DNA from: Podarcis muralis
Lineage: Eukaryota
Direction: 5' to 3'
DNA: 64,000 nucleotides
Assembly: GCF_964188315.1 (NCBI RefSeq)
Contig: NC_135658.1
Location: 55,552,001-55,616,000, forward strand
Both the position numbers and the translations under genes were made by a program. Under the pieces are notes generated by a model, which ran no database searches, was not told where the DNA came from, and saw only the letters and a program-made list of their open reading frames with translations. This document shows positions 1-12,179 of this stretch, one piece after another. How positions within the stretch are numbered: position 1 is the first letter of the stretch; each line of letters begins with the position of its first letter.

Positions 1-9
1 AACTTTGTC
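1..9 (-). CDS. BRWD1: BRWD1 exon 12, first 3 codons (DKV); runs off the window
   Basis: ttctctcttgtag|GAC AAA GTT; expected next residues DKV. Confidence 0.8.
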
Positions 10-417
10 CTACAAGAGAGAAAGTTGTGTTACAATAGAACGCAAACAATGCCCATTAAATGCTTAAGTCACTCCACTCCTGTTTTGTGATTAAAGGAAT
101 ATTAATTCTAAAGATGGACTGTAACTCTCCAGTGTTTTGAATTCACCCCGGGAAGGCACACTCCTCCATTGTCTCCCGGGACAGATGGATGCCAACAACT
201 GGGACTGTCCATGTATAGGAAAGAATTGATTATTCTCCAGCTGAATTATGAGTAGGGTCAAGAATTTAAGAGCCCTGTTACATTAGTCCAAATATCCATT
301 AATTGACCCCAGCATCCTGTTTCCCAAAGTGGTCAGCCAGATTTGTCTGGAAACTGCAATCTAGGCACGAGAGTAATTACCACCTTCTGCTCTTGTGCCC
401 CAGTGAACCACACAATG

Positions 418-850
418 GTAACCTTGCATTAACTGGATTACTGTAACGCTTTCTACATGGGACGGCCTTTGAAAACAACACAAAAGCTGCAGTTGCTACA
501 GCATATGGGGGCCAGGCTGCTAAGTGGGAAGACATATAGAGGCCTTACAACACAGGTTTTAAAATAAATGCACTGGCTACAAATACTTTTCTGGTCTAAT
601 TTCAAAGTGTTGCTGATGATTTATAAAGCCCTAAACGGTGTGGAATTTGGACTGTGTCTCAGTACACTGTTCAGCCTGCATTAACACCTTCCAGGGAGGC
701 TCTCCTTTGTATCTCACCTTTAGGAGTTGTACATTATGTGAGGAGGCCTTCTCTATGGTAGCACTCAAGCTATAAACATCTTTCCTGTCTGAGGCTCATG
801 TGGCACCAACTCTAGATTTTTTTTCAGGTCAAGACTTCATTCAGGTATTT
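418..850 (+). mobile_element. Old L2 LINE ORF2 3' fragment
   Basis: Degenerate DYCNA.Y.G.PLK, LHWL and FKVL....KALNG remnants; resembles the better-preserved copy at 44.8-45.3 kb. Confidence 0.6.
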
Positions 851-1470
851 GCATGCTGTTACATTTGCTGTCTAATATTGTGCTTTGCTTATTGTTTTAA
901 GATTAGTGCTGGTTACTTATGGTTGCGTATGTTGTACAGTGAATTATGTACCCTCTCTTAGAGTGGAATACTTTATGAATATTTTAACATTATAATGTAT
1001 ACATATTTATAAGACATTTAAGAAACTAAATAATAAATAATCCTTTTTGAAATGGTGCTTCCAGTGGTACACATAATATTCCAAATTTAAATTATGGCTT
1101 CCCGATCCTGCCTTGTTTAAAAGCAATTAACCATTGTTTCCTGGTTCAGACACAATGGAAAGCTATAGTTAAACTTTGGTTTTCCGGCTTTTCTGCCATT
1201 GCATGCAAGGGTACATGAAGCTTGCGTTTCCTGACTTATGAAGCTGAGATTCTGAACGTATAAAAGGTGGCCACTGTGCTATGATTAAGGTTTTACGTTC
1301 ACACATAACCTTTAACAGAACCAATCTGTTAACAGTACAATTTGTTCTACCTCCTAATTATGTCAACAGCAGTAACCTGGATTTTAAGATCAGGTCTTAA
1401 GTCTGCATCAGTCAGATTTTACAACAGCTTCTTTCAATGTGTGTGTGTGTGTGTATATATATATAAATTA

Positions 1471-1638
<168 letters not shown>

Positions 1639-2051
1639 CTAACAGGCAGCAAGCTCTAAAAATATGGATTGGATCCAAATGGGTTAGTTGCACTTAAGTC
1701 CCACTGATTGCAAAATGACTGAAGTCCAACCAGCTTAATCTGGACCCAACTCATTATTTCTAGAACTGATATAACTACTTATTATAACACTGAAAGTCTA
1801 TGTCTAGATGATGATGAATGCATAGCCATCAACGCTTAACAACTAAAAAGGTATTCTACTTCAATTAAAACCTTTTTAATTTGTAAAGTGCCATACAGTC
1901 TGAATTCTGTATAATATATGAAGAAGGTACGTTACCATCACAGTAAGAAGTAATACTTTTAATTTACATGCTTTAGCAAAGGTAAAATAAAAATCTTTAA
2001 GGTTTCTCAACTGAAGACAGAACAACCTGCTTCATTAGCATGTATACTTAC

Positions 2052-2122
2052 CAACACTAAATGAAGAACAAAGCATTTGAACTCCAGGTCTAGGTTTTTC
2101 GGTGAATTTCAGTGGCCGATTA
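2052..2122 (-). CDS. BRWD1: BRWD1 exon 10 (NRPLKFTEKPRPGVQMLCSSFSV)
   Basis: 71 nt, translated by hand (not in ORF track); less common AAG acceptor, GTAAGT donor. Confidence 0.95.
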
Positions 2123-2455
2123 CTTTAGAAACAAAAACAGGTTTTAAAAATACATTTTTACAAAGTACAGTGAATTCCACAAATATATTCATTTTAGAAA
2201 ATACAACATATTAGAAAATACAGCCTGCTTCAAATTTCTTCATGCATCTATATGTTGCAGTATCATTTTTATTTTGCTTACTTCAACAGTATTATTTATT
2301 TCATTTCTATACTGCTTTATATTTTCAAGAAAAGGATAACAATAGACTATTACCTGTTTTGAAGCTCACACTTTATTTTCTATGTCACAATATAAAATTT
2401 GATCTGACAGAACTAAAATGCTTTGCATTATGAGAACTTAAAGATGGTTACATAC

Positions 2456-2556
2456 TTGAATTTCATAGACATGGTATCCCACTGCCAGAAGCAAATTGTT
2501 CCATCAACACCTGTGGAAGCCATGTAGCGCACTGAGTCTTTGGCCAATGGACTAAA
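2456..2556 (-). CDS. BRWD1: BRWD1 exon 9 ([33 protein letters not shown])
   Basis: 101 nt, CAG / GTATGT. Confidence 0.97.
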
Positions 2557-3364
2557 CTGTAAGTTTAAAACCAATTGAAAGTTACTGTGCATCTTAAAGG
2601 AAACAAGATAACAATATGCAGTGACATTCACTGTCTAAAATTTATTTTCAGTTTTTAAGCCAAGTTTCCTTTGCATGCATCTTCTACAAAATATTCAAAA
2701 GTATTTTTATTGAACATCAAATGTTAAATTTCACTTAAAGCAAGCATGATATAAACTGATAACCTGTCAGACTTTTCTATTACATATATTTACTTGGCAT
2801 TAATACACATACACCATGCATAATTTATACAATGCTAATGTTATACTATGAGAATAAGACATAGTATAATGATGTACAATGTGACTGAATAAAGCTGAGC
2901 ATGAATAAAACTGAGCAAAATATCAGAAAGTAAAACTAAACAAAAATGAAACCATGATAATACAATACTAGTACAAGAGGAGACAGTGAATACTGTACCT
3001 TAGAACTGACTACTTAAGTCTCATAATGGACGCTTTTGTATTATCAGCCACTATAAAGGACTTCTTTACACATCAATCGGTAGTACATGTGTCACTGCTA
3101 CTGAATACACACAGCTGGGAGTTGTGGAAAAACCAGGTACATGTGCTATAACACCTGGAAAAACACATGCACTGCCACTGTGCCAACAGCTTTTGAGCTG
3201 GAAGCTGCATAACTGATGCATAACATATGCATTAGTTTCCTGTCATTTAATCTTCTATGAGGAAACTAATCTAGTACTGAACGCTGCAAAAATTGACAGT
3301 CTGCTCATATGCAAACAATTTCACTCAGATTTCCCAAACTTATATTCATCGATGTTTAAAAGTA

Positions 3365-3607
3365 CAGTGGTACTTTGGTTTAAGAACAGCACCCTGTTTA
3401 CAAACTATTCAGTATACAAACTCCACAAAACCAGAAGTAGTGTTCCGTTTAGCGAACTTTACCTCGGTCTACAAACGGAAACTGAACGGTGGAAGGGCAC
3501 CGGTGGCGGGAGGCCTCATTAGGGAAAGCGAGCCTCGGTTTAAGTACGGCTTTGGTTTAAGAATGGACTTCTGGAATGGATTAAGTTCATAAACCAAGGT
3601 ACCACTG
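3365..3607. mobile_element. Tc1/mariner (Tigger-like) MITE
   Basis: TIR CAGTGGTAC(T/C)TTGGTTTA at both ends, TA flanks. Confidence 0.85.
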
Positions 3608-3822
3608 TATAATTTTATTTGAAGATACAAGCAAAACAAAATACAGGTTGTTTACCGAATCTCCAATAATTCACAGTGGGATAAACAGCTTTTGACTCAT
3701 TTTACAGAAAACTTATAAATTAGTGTCCAAAGTACAGTAGAAAAAGGCTCAACTTTTAAAAACATTGGAGCATACATTAGCGCACATGTTTCACACAAAA
3801 ACAAGCAACATCCAGCTAGCTA

Positions 3823-4053
<231 letters not shown>

Positions 4054-4855
4054 CTAAAGAGAGAGAAAAATACATTTTAAGCTGAAAGGCACATTAGAGA
4101 AGTCTGAAATATGCTTAAAAACAAATAAGCAAAACAGACAGACATAAAGACCCACATACAAAAGCATCAAGAATTCCAAAATTCAGTTGAGATAAATTAG
4201 TAGCAATACTGCTGATTATTATCATCTATGAATCAGTCTAGCTAAAACAAAGAACAAGTGAGCAAGAGAAACAGTATTTGTTGTAGTGCTTCTTTTCTAT
4301 TCATTTATCATTCATGAAGTTTACCATGCTGCTTTACTGGAAAGTAGACAAAAATATTGCTGTGTGACAGAACACACTAAAATATGTATTACATGTCTGA
4401 TTACTGTTTGTGAGTGCTCAGTAACTCAAGAGCAAAACCACTTTTAAAAAGCAGAAGTGTTATCCACCAAAAAAGCAGAAATTTCTCTTTACGTGTGTAT
4501 AAATAATTATAATATTATTTTTAATTTTGTAAGTTTTTTAAATCCAGCCTTCACCATAAGGTCCCAAGGTTAGGGTAAAACTGAAAATTATAAAAACATT
4601 ACACCTGTAGACCATTCTACACAAAACCACTCTAAACAGAACAGAATATAAATTCAGCAAAAATACACATCTATTTTAGAGAAATAAAATATAAATAATT
4701 TCAAGGGACAGACATCAAAAAGCAAGAGCAACCAAAAGAGTAAGTGAACAATTGTCACAGAAGTAGTTGTTTACCTCTCAATGCATGTAAAATACGTTAA
4801 CAAAGATGGGTGGTTCTGCTACAGTTAACTTTTTCCTACAGGGGACAAAATTTCA

Positions 4856-5050
<195 letters not shown>

Positions 5051-6388
5051 TCAAACATTCATTAAGGATTTTTCAAAAAGTCATCATGCCGATGTAAACC
5101 TGAATTTAAGGTTATTATGTTGGTCGGAGTACTCTAAAAAAACTTCAAAACAGTAACACAGGAAACTGCCCTACACCAGGTCAAACTATTTGTCTATCTA
5201 GCCCAGTCTACAGACACAGCAACTCTCTGGGATCTCATGGCAGAACCACCTGCCACTTGATCCTTTGAACTGGAGATGCTACTAGGGTTAGGATCTGGAA
5301 TATACTCTGAGCTATCACAAATATCCTCCTTTCATAGCTTTTCAACTAATAAAAATTCCTGAATGTTTATCCATCATCTTTCCTTCTTTCTAGGTGGCAA
5401 AGGCCACCTACATGCACGATGCACCCATTTCTGTATGTGCGCTGTGGCATGATTAAAAATAGGCAATAGGCCATACCCACTTTTCTCAGGAATCCCTACT
5501 CATGTTTCACTTTCACCTGCAAAGGCATAAACTTTGTGGAGGCATGTATTCCCCCATGATATGGGAGGTGGGAAGCCCTTTGCTGCTACTGCACTGCCAT
5601 GCACATCAGCTGGGAAGAAGGAGCCTGCTGGAACCACAGTAACCAGATGTGCAGCTCTTCCTGCTCCCTAGAGAGCCTGGGGCTCGGGGGAACTTTTCCT
5701 CAAAGAGCTGTGTGGCTAGTTTTCCCAGGTTCAGCTGAGCCTGCCTTTGTCCTTCTCCCCTGTTGAAATTTGGGGGGGGGGGGGGAATCCACCAGAACAA
5801 AAATGGAATGAAGCTTCAAAATAAGGGGAAATTGAAAGAAAAAGAAAAACAAGAAAAATAAGGGGGAAGTCGCTGAAATTAGGCACTGATTTATGTCAGT
5901 GCCAAGCTCAAAAGAAAGGAGAATGTGAAATCCTCCAGCAAGCATCTACGTGTGACCCTGGCTGCCCAGTCAGAGGAGAGGAGCCACCCCAGTGTTAAAG
6001 CTGTCCTCCATGAGCCTCTGGGGAATGTCCACCTTAAATGGCTATGTGGTATTGCAGAAGTCTATTATAATATAAACAGCTGGGAAAAGGATAAAATGCT
6101 TGCTGTAAGAGTTGTACCCTGTAGGAGTTGCTTCTCCCATTATTTTACTTTTAAGTAAAGTTCAGCATAACTAATACCAGCTATTTTAATATATAAGCAT
6201 TAGTGTGAACATATAGTAATAGTTTGTTCCCATCTTTCATGCTGTGAATTATTTCCTTATTTTACAGTTTCAGTTTCTTACCCCTACTGTGGCAGGGCAC
6301 AAAAAACAAAACAGCCAGTACAAAACAAAGAAACCAGAAGTGAAAAAACTGAGAACATAGTAGGTTAATAAGCGAAAGATAAACTTAC

Positions 6389-6487
6389 CAAAACTTGGTG
6401 CTTTGTCACAGTTAACAGGAATTTCTGGGGGTCTTCCTCTATGAAGGGCAGCAATGACTGAGCCTTTCCAAATGGGATTTCTGGAAT
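6389..6487 (-). CDS. BRWD1: BRWD1 exon 6 ([33 protein letters not shown])
   Basis: 99 nt, CAG / GTAAGT. Confidence 0.96.
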
Positions 6488-7766
6488 CTGCAAATTGCAT
6501 TTCAGTTGAATGCAGAGTTACTCAGAAAATTTATTCCAACACCATTTCAAAATTTAAGAGTCTTTAATGCTTTAAAAGTTCACTTTTTAAAAATGGCCTG
6601 GTTTAACTAGAAGCATGTTACACCTACCTTTAGTATTTTAAAACTTCAATCAATGGCTCTATCAATAACATATTGAACTAAGGACTCCTGTACTTTTGGG
6701 GACATTCTATATCAAGCATTAGTTACAGCACAATGGTTTCAAGAGTTTTATGTTTTACAAGCCCCAAGCGCCAGCCCCTGACTGCAGGATACGGTATCCT
6801 GATCATTCACTAAAATGAACATTCACTGTGCCCGCTTTGTTAATTTTGCATTTTCCTGTTTTTATGTTCCTTAACTATTTCTCTACTCATTTCTCCAATT
6901 ATGAATATTTATTCTTGATATTTCCTCTTCACTTTATGAAAAGAAACAGTTGTGCCTAGTATACTAGGAAGCTCTTGGCCATTAGCTGTCCCTAGAGATG
7001 CAACTAACATATACACAAATGAGCTGCCATACGAAGATGTTTTGCATTGTTAGCTACTCTGTGTTCTTAAGTGAGAAGAAAAATGAGGAAAGAGCAGTTG
7101 TGTAATACAAGGAGAAACATAAGCAAAGTACAAAGCAGTTTCACTTCACAGGTTCTCAGCCAAGTATTTATAGGTTTCTTGCTCATATTCCCCCCCCCCC
7201 AAAAAAAACTGTTACAACTACAGCAACTTACTTGCACTTAGGGTGAAGCAGCTTTAAGTTTTCTTTCTACTGATGGTCATGCATTTGGTGATAACATAAT
7301 TTCAGAAATCTCAGGCTGAGCTACCTCTTGAAGTATGGTTCAACAACATTTGGGATGTGGCTATCTCAGAATGACTAAGGGCTTAGAAAGGTAGCTTACA
7401 AAGACACTTTTGTTGAAACCTGGTCCCCTTTCTTTTCATATGTAAAGGAAGGTAACAATTCTCTCCCTCCACTTGTCTCTGGAGAACCTATATTAACTAT
7501 TAATGTCTTAAAAATCTGCTTGATTTTTGAATGTATACCACCCTGTGTTTGCAGCAGATAACTGTATTCTACATAAGGTTTTCTTTTGAACCACTAGAAT
7601 AAACCTCTAAACCAAAATATCAATAACCACTATGTCTGTGAAAGGAGGAGCTCAAAGCTGGATCTGTGCTGACAGCATGTATTAAATGGGTGACAAGTTC
7701 ATGCATCCTAGTCTTGGAAGTTTAAGTACACACTTGTACAAATGCAAGGTTCATATATAGTCACTA

Positions 7767-7958
<192 letters not shown>

Positions 7959-8884
7959 CTAACACACAAATAGGATTAAAAGAAGTTAACATAACATAAT
8001 ACAAAAATAACATTTACATAAACTAAACATTTTAGAATTATTAGTTTGTTAATTATGTGAGAAAAAGAAACAAACAAACTTGACCTCATTTCACTGTTGC
8101 TTAAAATCACTTGACAAACTCCTAATAAGTAAAGTAATCCTTGGAGGCCCCCTCCAGGTATACTCACAAACTAGGGAGAAGGGACTGTGCACAGGATGTT
8201 CTCCCAGTGCTTACTTTAATGTTGTTCTGGAAAAGACCTAAGCTTTTAATTGCTAACTAAATCATTTCAATGTTGCTTTTATTCCAATGTTTTGCATTTT
8301 ACTTCGATTCTAGTTTCTTTGCTACTATTTACTGTAGTTATAAGTTACTTTAGAAACTTTAAAAATTGAATGGCAAACAAGTAGATGAACTAGTGTTTTG
8401 TATTATACTGAAACTGTAAGTCCAACTTAACTTTGGACTATTAAATCTATGAGCTTTCTCATTCACTTAAATATCTTGAAGATCAAACTACGTACAACTT
8501 TTTACTCCCCAGTCCTCAGCACTGCTGCAGTGAACAGGAATTTTGTTTTATGATCCATAGTTTATTTCAACTGTGGCTTAAATGAGGTACCAACCAGGCC
8601 TGCGGTAACTAAGCCATGCTTTCTCCTTCCACCTTCATTACATCAATATTAATTTTACTATAACCTCTCCCATTTTTCATCTAGCATGAATCTAATGAAG
8701 TTAAATTGTAAGTACAAGAACAAGATAAACCAAAACCACACAATTATATAAACAATACACACTATATGCACATTACTTTTAAACTAGAGCAATGCATTAT
8801 TCTCTCAAATAACTTACCCCCCCCCAAAAAAAAAGATCCTGATGTTATATCTTGAATCCTGTTCCAAGGCGCAATTCTCTAGAT

Positions 8885-10027
8885 CAGTATTTCCCAACCT
8901 TTTTCCTACCATGGCCACCTTCCCACCTTGTTTCCTTCCTGTGGCACCCCATGGGCATAGCTGGGGGGGGAGACAGGGGGCAGCTGCCCCCCAATAAGTA
9001 AAAATCAATACAAATCTGAAGTTCTGCCTCCCCCAACCAAAGCCTGCACCCTAAATAAAATCCTGGCTATGCCCATGTCCCGCCCCCCATCCTACCGGTA
9101 GAAAAGCAGTTATTTAAATGTTTTGTTTGTAAACAAAACATGTTTTATTTATAATTTTTATAATTTATACAAAATACAATTACATAGAATGATAGGAACA
9201 TAATGAAATATTGTTGAAGCAGAAAAACATGGGTGCTAATGCATCCATGACAGATGGCCATCCTACCTCTGCTTATAAACCTCCAAGAAAGGAAAATCCA
9301 GAACCTCCCGAAGGAGATCTATCTTCCATGTATTGTAAAAAGTAAACAACACTTATTTTACCCATTATTTGACACAGAGGGGAAATCCTACAGATACTGT
9401 CCAAAAGGTGCACAGGGAATTCTGTATATATGGGAGAATTTTATTTAGCAAGTGGTCCTCACTGACCTGTCTGAAAAAGATCTTATCGTTCAGAGGACCC
9501 CTGGCTGCCTATAGCCCCACACAAGCTTACCAGGCCCAATGAACTCAGTGCGGCTTTCTCCTGAGTAGACACTTAGTTATTTACTAGATGCAAGTCAGCA
9601 GCACAAGACCACCCCGCTCGGCTAGGGGCTGAGGTGGATTTCAACCCCTGGTGGGCCACCCCCTTACCTGCTTGTGTTTGGCCAAGCAGATAAATAAAAA
9701 ATCCTGATTGCCTGGTTATTTTAAAAAATATTTTTTTCTTCCACTTCTCACTACCCTCTACGGCTATCCTCATGCTGCTAACCCCCATTTACGCGATTTT
9801 CACCTGGGCACCATTGGAATATCCTGGGGCCTCCCAGGGGGCCATATGGGAAACACTGCTCTCCATAGGTGCTAACTCCTAGGGGCAGAGGTCTCTTCTC
9901 TCCTGTGCCCCAACTGACGGGCACTGCCATTCAAATGATGTGTGCGCACTGTGCCTTGTAACTGATTATGATGGGCAGGGCTTACCTGTGCCCCTTCCCC
10001 AATATTTTATTCAAGTTGGCACCCCTG
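8885..10027. mobile_element. Two adjacent non-autonomous hAT-type elements (about 8885-9858 and 9864-10027)
   Basis: Ends CAGTATTTCCCA / TGGGAAACACTG and CATAGGTGCTAACT / AGTTGGCACCCCTG; CTCTAGAT / CTCTAAAT-like flanks. Confidence 0.6.
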
Positions 10028-11373
10028 CTCTAAATATTCCATTTACTCAACTAAAATTTCCTTGCAGGTATCCATTTAATATTTCTGTAAGCATTTAATG
10101 TAGTACAGCAGGAATATATTTTTAGTATTTAAAATCTATGACAACTTTTTCCATTTCTCTCAACTGACTGAATTATATCTATCATTTCCTTTTCAGACCC
10201 AAACTCACAGACATGAAAACAGAATTGTTTAAAAACATTTTAAGCTAAACAAAGAGTAATGTCAATTTTTTATGCAAGCAAAGTAGCCTTTTTTAAAAAA
10301 AGGGGGAACACAATGTTTCACAATAATATGTTGCAGTCCTCACTCAGGCTTGGCTGCTCATGCAGCAAAAACTGTTTCCTGTATCAATGTAACGTAAGTT
10401 TTCTCCCAGTGTAACCCTCTATGCCATATGTTCACCACCTCTGGAGAACCAGGGAGCTCATCTTAGGCACCTCTACTTAGAAATCCTACAAAACTGAAAA
10501 TGTCATATTACCATCACATTAAAAATTCCGGTGGCATTTTTCTCAACTAAAAGAGGAATGTTTCCTCTTATAATTCACATCTAAGCTTCCAAAAATAAAG
10601 AATCCCATATGAAACTCAGTGGAAACCTAAGAATGTTAAATGAAGGAAAGTCCATTACAATCCATGGTACTTAAAAAATACATTTAGGATTGTGGCATAT
10701 AATAATTTTTTTAAGCAATGCAAGCTTTTAACAATCTAACATTTGGAGGGAGGAGGGTGAGCTGCTGAAGAACAAAGCAGATGCAAAAGTCTGACCCTAC
10801 AGTGCAGCATTTCAAGTCCTGCTCATTTCCCCACCAGCTTCCAAGGCCACATGGAGGAGCTTGTTATTTGTTGTGAAGAGAATAAGCAGCATCCATTAAA
10901 AATATACTGAATCTTCAGAACTTATTTAAATCCTAATCCAAGCGGTTCAATGTAAATTTGAAGCCATTAAACAACTCAACCCTCTAGTGGAAGCCAGCTC
11001 TTATCTTCCGAGGAAAGCATATTTTGGGGTAACCAACAATAAAATATTGTCAGGTTAAGGTTATTTAGCAGATCTTCTGTAGAAACCAAGAAATAAAGGT
11101 TCTTTTTCAGACTGCTTTATCCTAACAAGCCCTGATGACACACACCCCGCCTCCTCTGTAAGATGACAACATCCTCTGTTCCCAGAGTCCCCATTTATGG
11201 CTTCTGTTGACTAGCACAATAATAAATACCTTCCATAAAACAACACAGGCTTTTAAAAGCATGAAAAATAGCACGATTAGTTTGAAAAAGCAAATACTGT
11301 TGATTCCCCCCCCCCCCCAACAATCCAAATCTTGTCTGGGTTTTTTCCTTTTTTTAAACAACAAAAGTCTCAC

Positions 11374-11433
11374 CAAGTCTTCATAACTTCTGCAATGTTC
11401 TCTTCCTTCCCAATCCAATCTTTTAGGGAGCAA
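11374..11433 (-). CDS. BRWD1: BRWD1 exon 4 (LLPKRLDWEGREHCRSYEDL)
   Basis: 60 nt, TAG acceptor, GTGAGA donor. Confidence 0.96.
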
Positions 11434-11626
11434 CTAAAATTAAAAGGGGGAAGGAGAGAAAAGCCAGATGAATTGGAACGAACGGGGCACAAAAGAAAGC
11501 TATTACAAATGCTTGCACAGATGGCATAGTTTCCATCTCTAAAAGATATTGGGATTATAAAAAAGCGGGGTAAAAGCGAGTGGCATAAAAGGAATTTTTT
11601 TTTTTTAAATGAGTAGTCTCACAGAC

Positions 11627-11656
11627 CTGGTACTGTTCCAGTTCCTGCACTAGCAC
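11627..11656 (-). CDS. BRWD1: BRWD1 exon 3 (VLVQELEQYQ)
   Basis: 30 nt, AG/GT flanks, peptide matches BRWD1. Confidence 0.95.
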
Positions 11657-11824
11657 CTGTAGGGGGAAAAAAGAAGCTGGTATTTGGCACTGGTGGAGGT
11701 TTTCTGTTCGCGTTTGCTTTTTGAAGCGCCGCTTCTGACCAAAGTGAAGGGGGGCGCTATGAAGCCGCCCTTCGCGGGGGTGGGGTGGGGGCAGTGCAGA
11801 GGGTGCAGGCGAAGAACAACTCAC

Positions 11825-11883
11825 CTCCGCCGTCCTCCTGCAAGGCCCAGTGCTCAAGAACCGAGCTATGAGGAAGTACAGTT
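11825..11883 (-). CDS. BRWD1: BRWD1 exon 2 (ELYFLIARFLSTGPCRRTAE, LisH-like region)
   Basis: CAG acceptor, GTGAGT donor, 59 nt, phase consistent. Confidence 0.97.
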
Positions 11884-12106
11884 CTGCGAGAAGGAAAAAA
11901 AGAGGAGAGATGAAGTCGAAGCCGGGCTTCGTTGGGGGATGGGGAGGGCGGCGGCGGGGGGGGGCGGGTTGGGGGATCCCCCTTAGGTGACTGTAACTCA
12001 TAACCAGGCTCAGTAAGATGGCGGCGGAGACGGCGAGCGCTCGCCTCGCCCGGCTCTTCCATCCTCTCGCTCTCCTCACCAAGCCGGCGCTCACTCTTCG
12101 CATTAC

Positions 12107-12179
12107 CTGATTCAATCAGCGGCAGAGGGCCGCTGCCGGCGCCCAAAGGAGAATTGGAGGCCGGCAAGGGCTCGGCCAT
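12107..12179 (-). CDS. BRWD1: BRWD1 coding exon 1 (MAEPLPASNSPLGAGSGPLPLIES)
   Basis: ATG at 12179 in good context (gatATGg); donor G|GTAATG; 73 nt, phase 1; PLIES matches the BRWD1/PHIP N-terminus. Confidence 0.9.

Noticed and set aside
11191-11202. CArG box and MEF2-like motifs in BRWD1 introns (also near 5453)
   Set aside because: Isolated 10-mers with no supporting context; expected by chance, which also tempers the SH3BGR motif calls.
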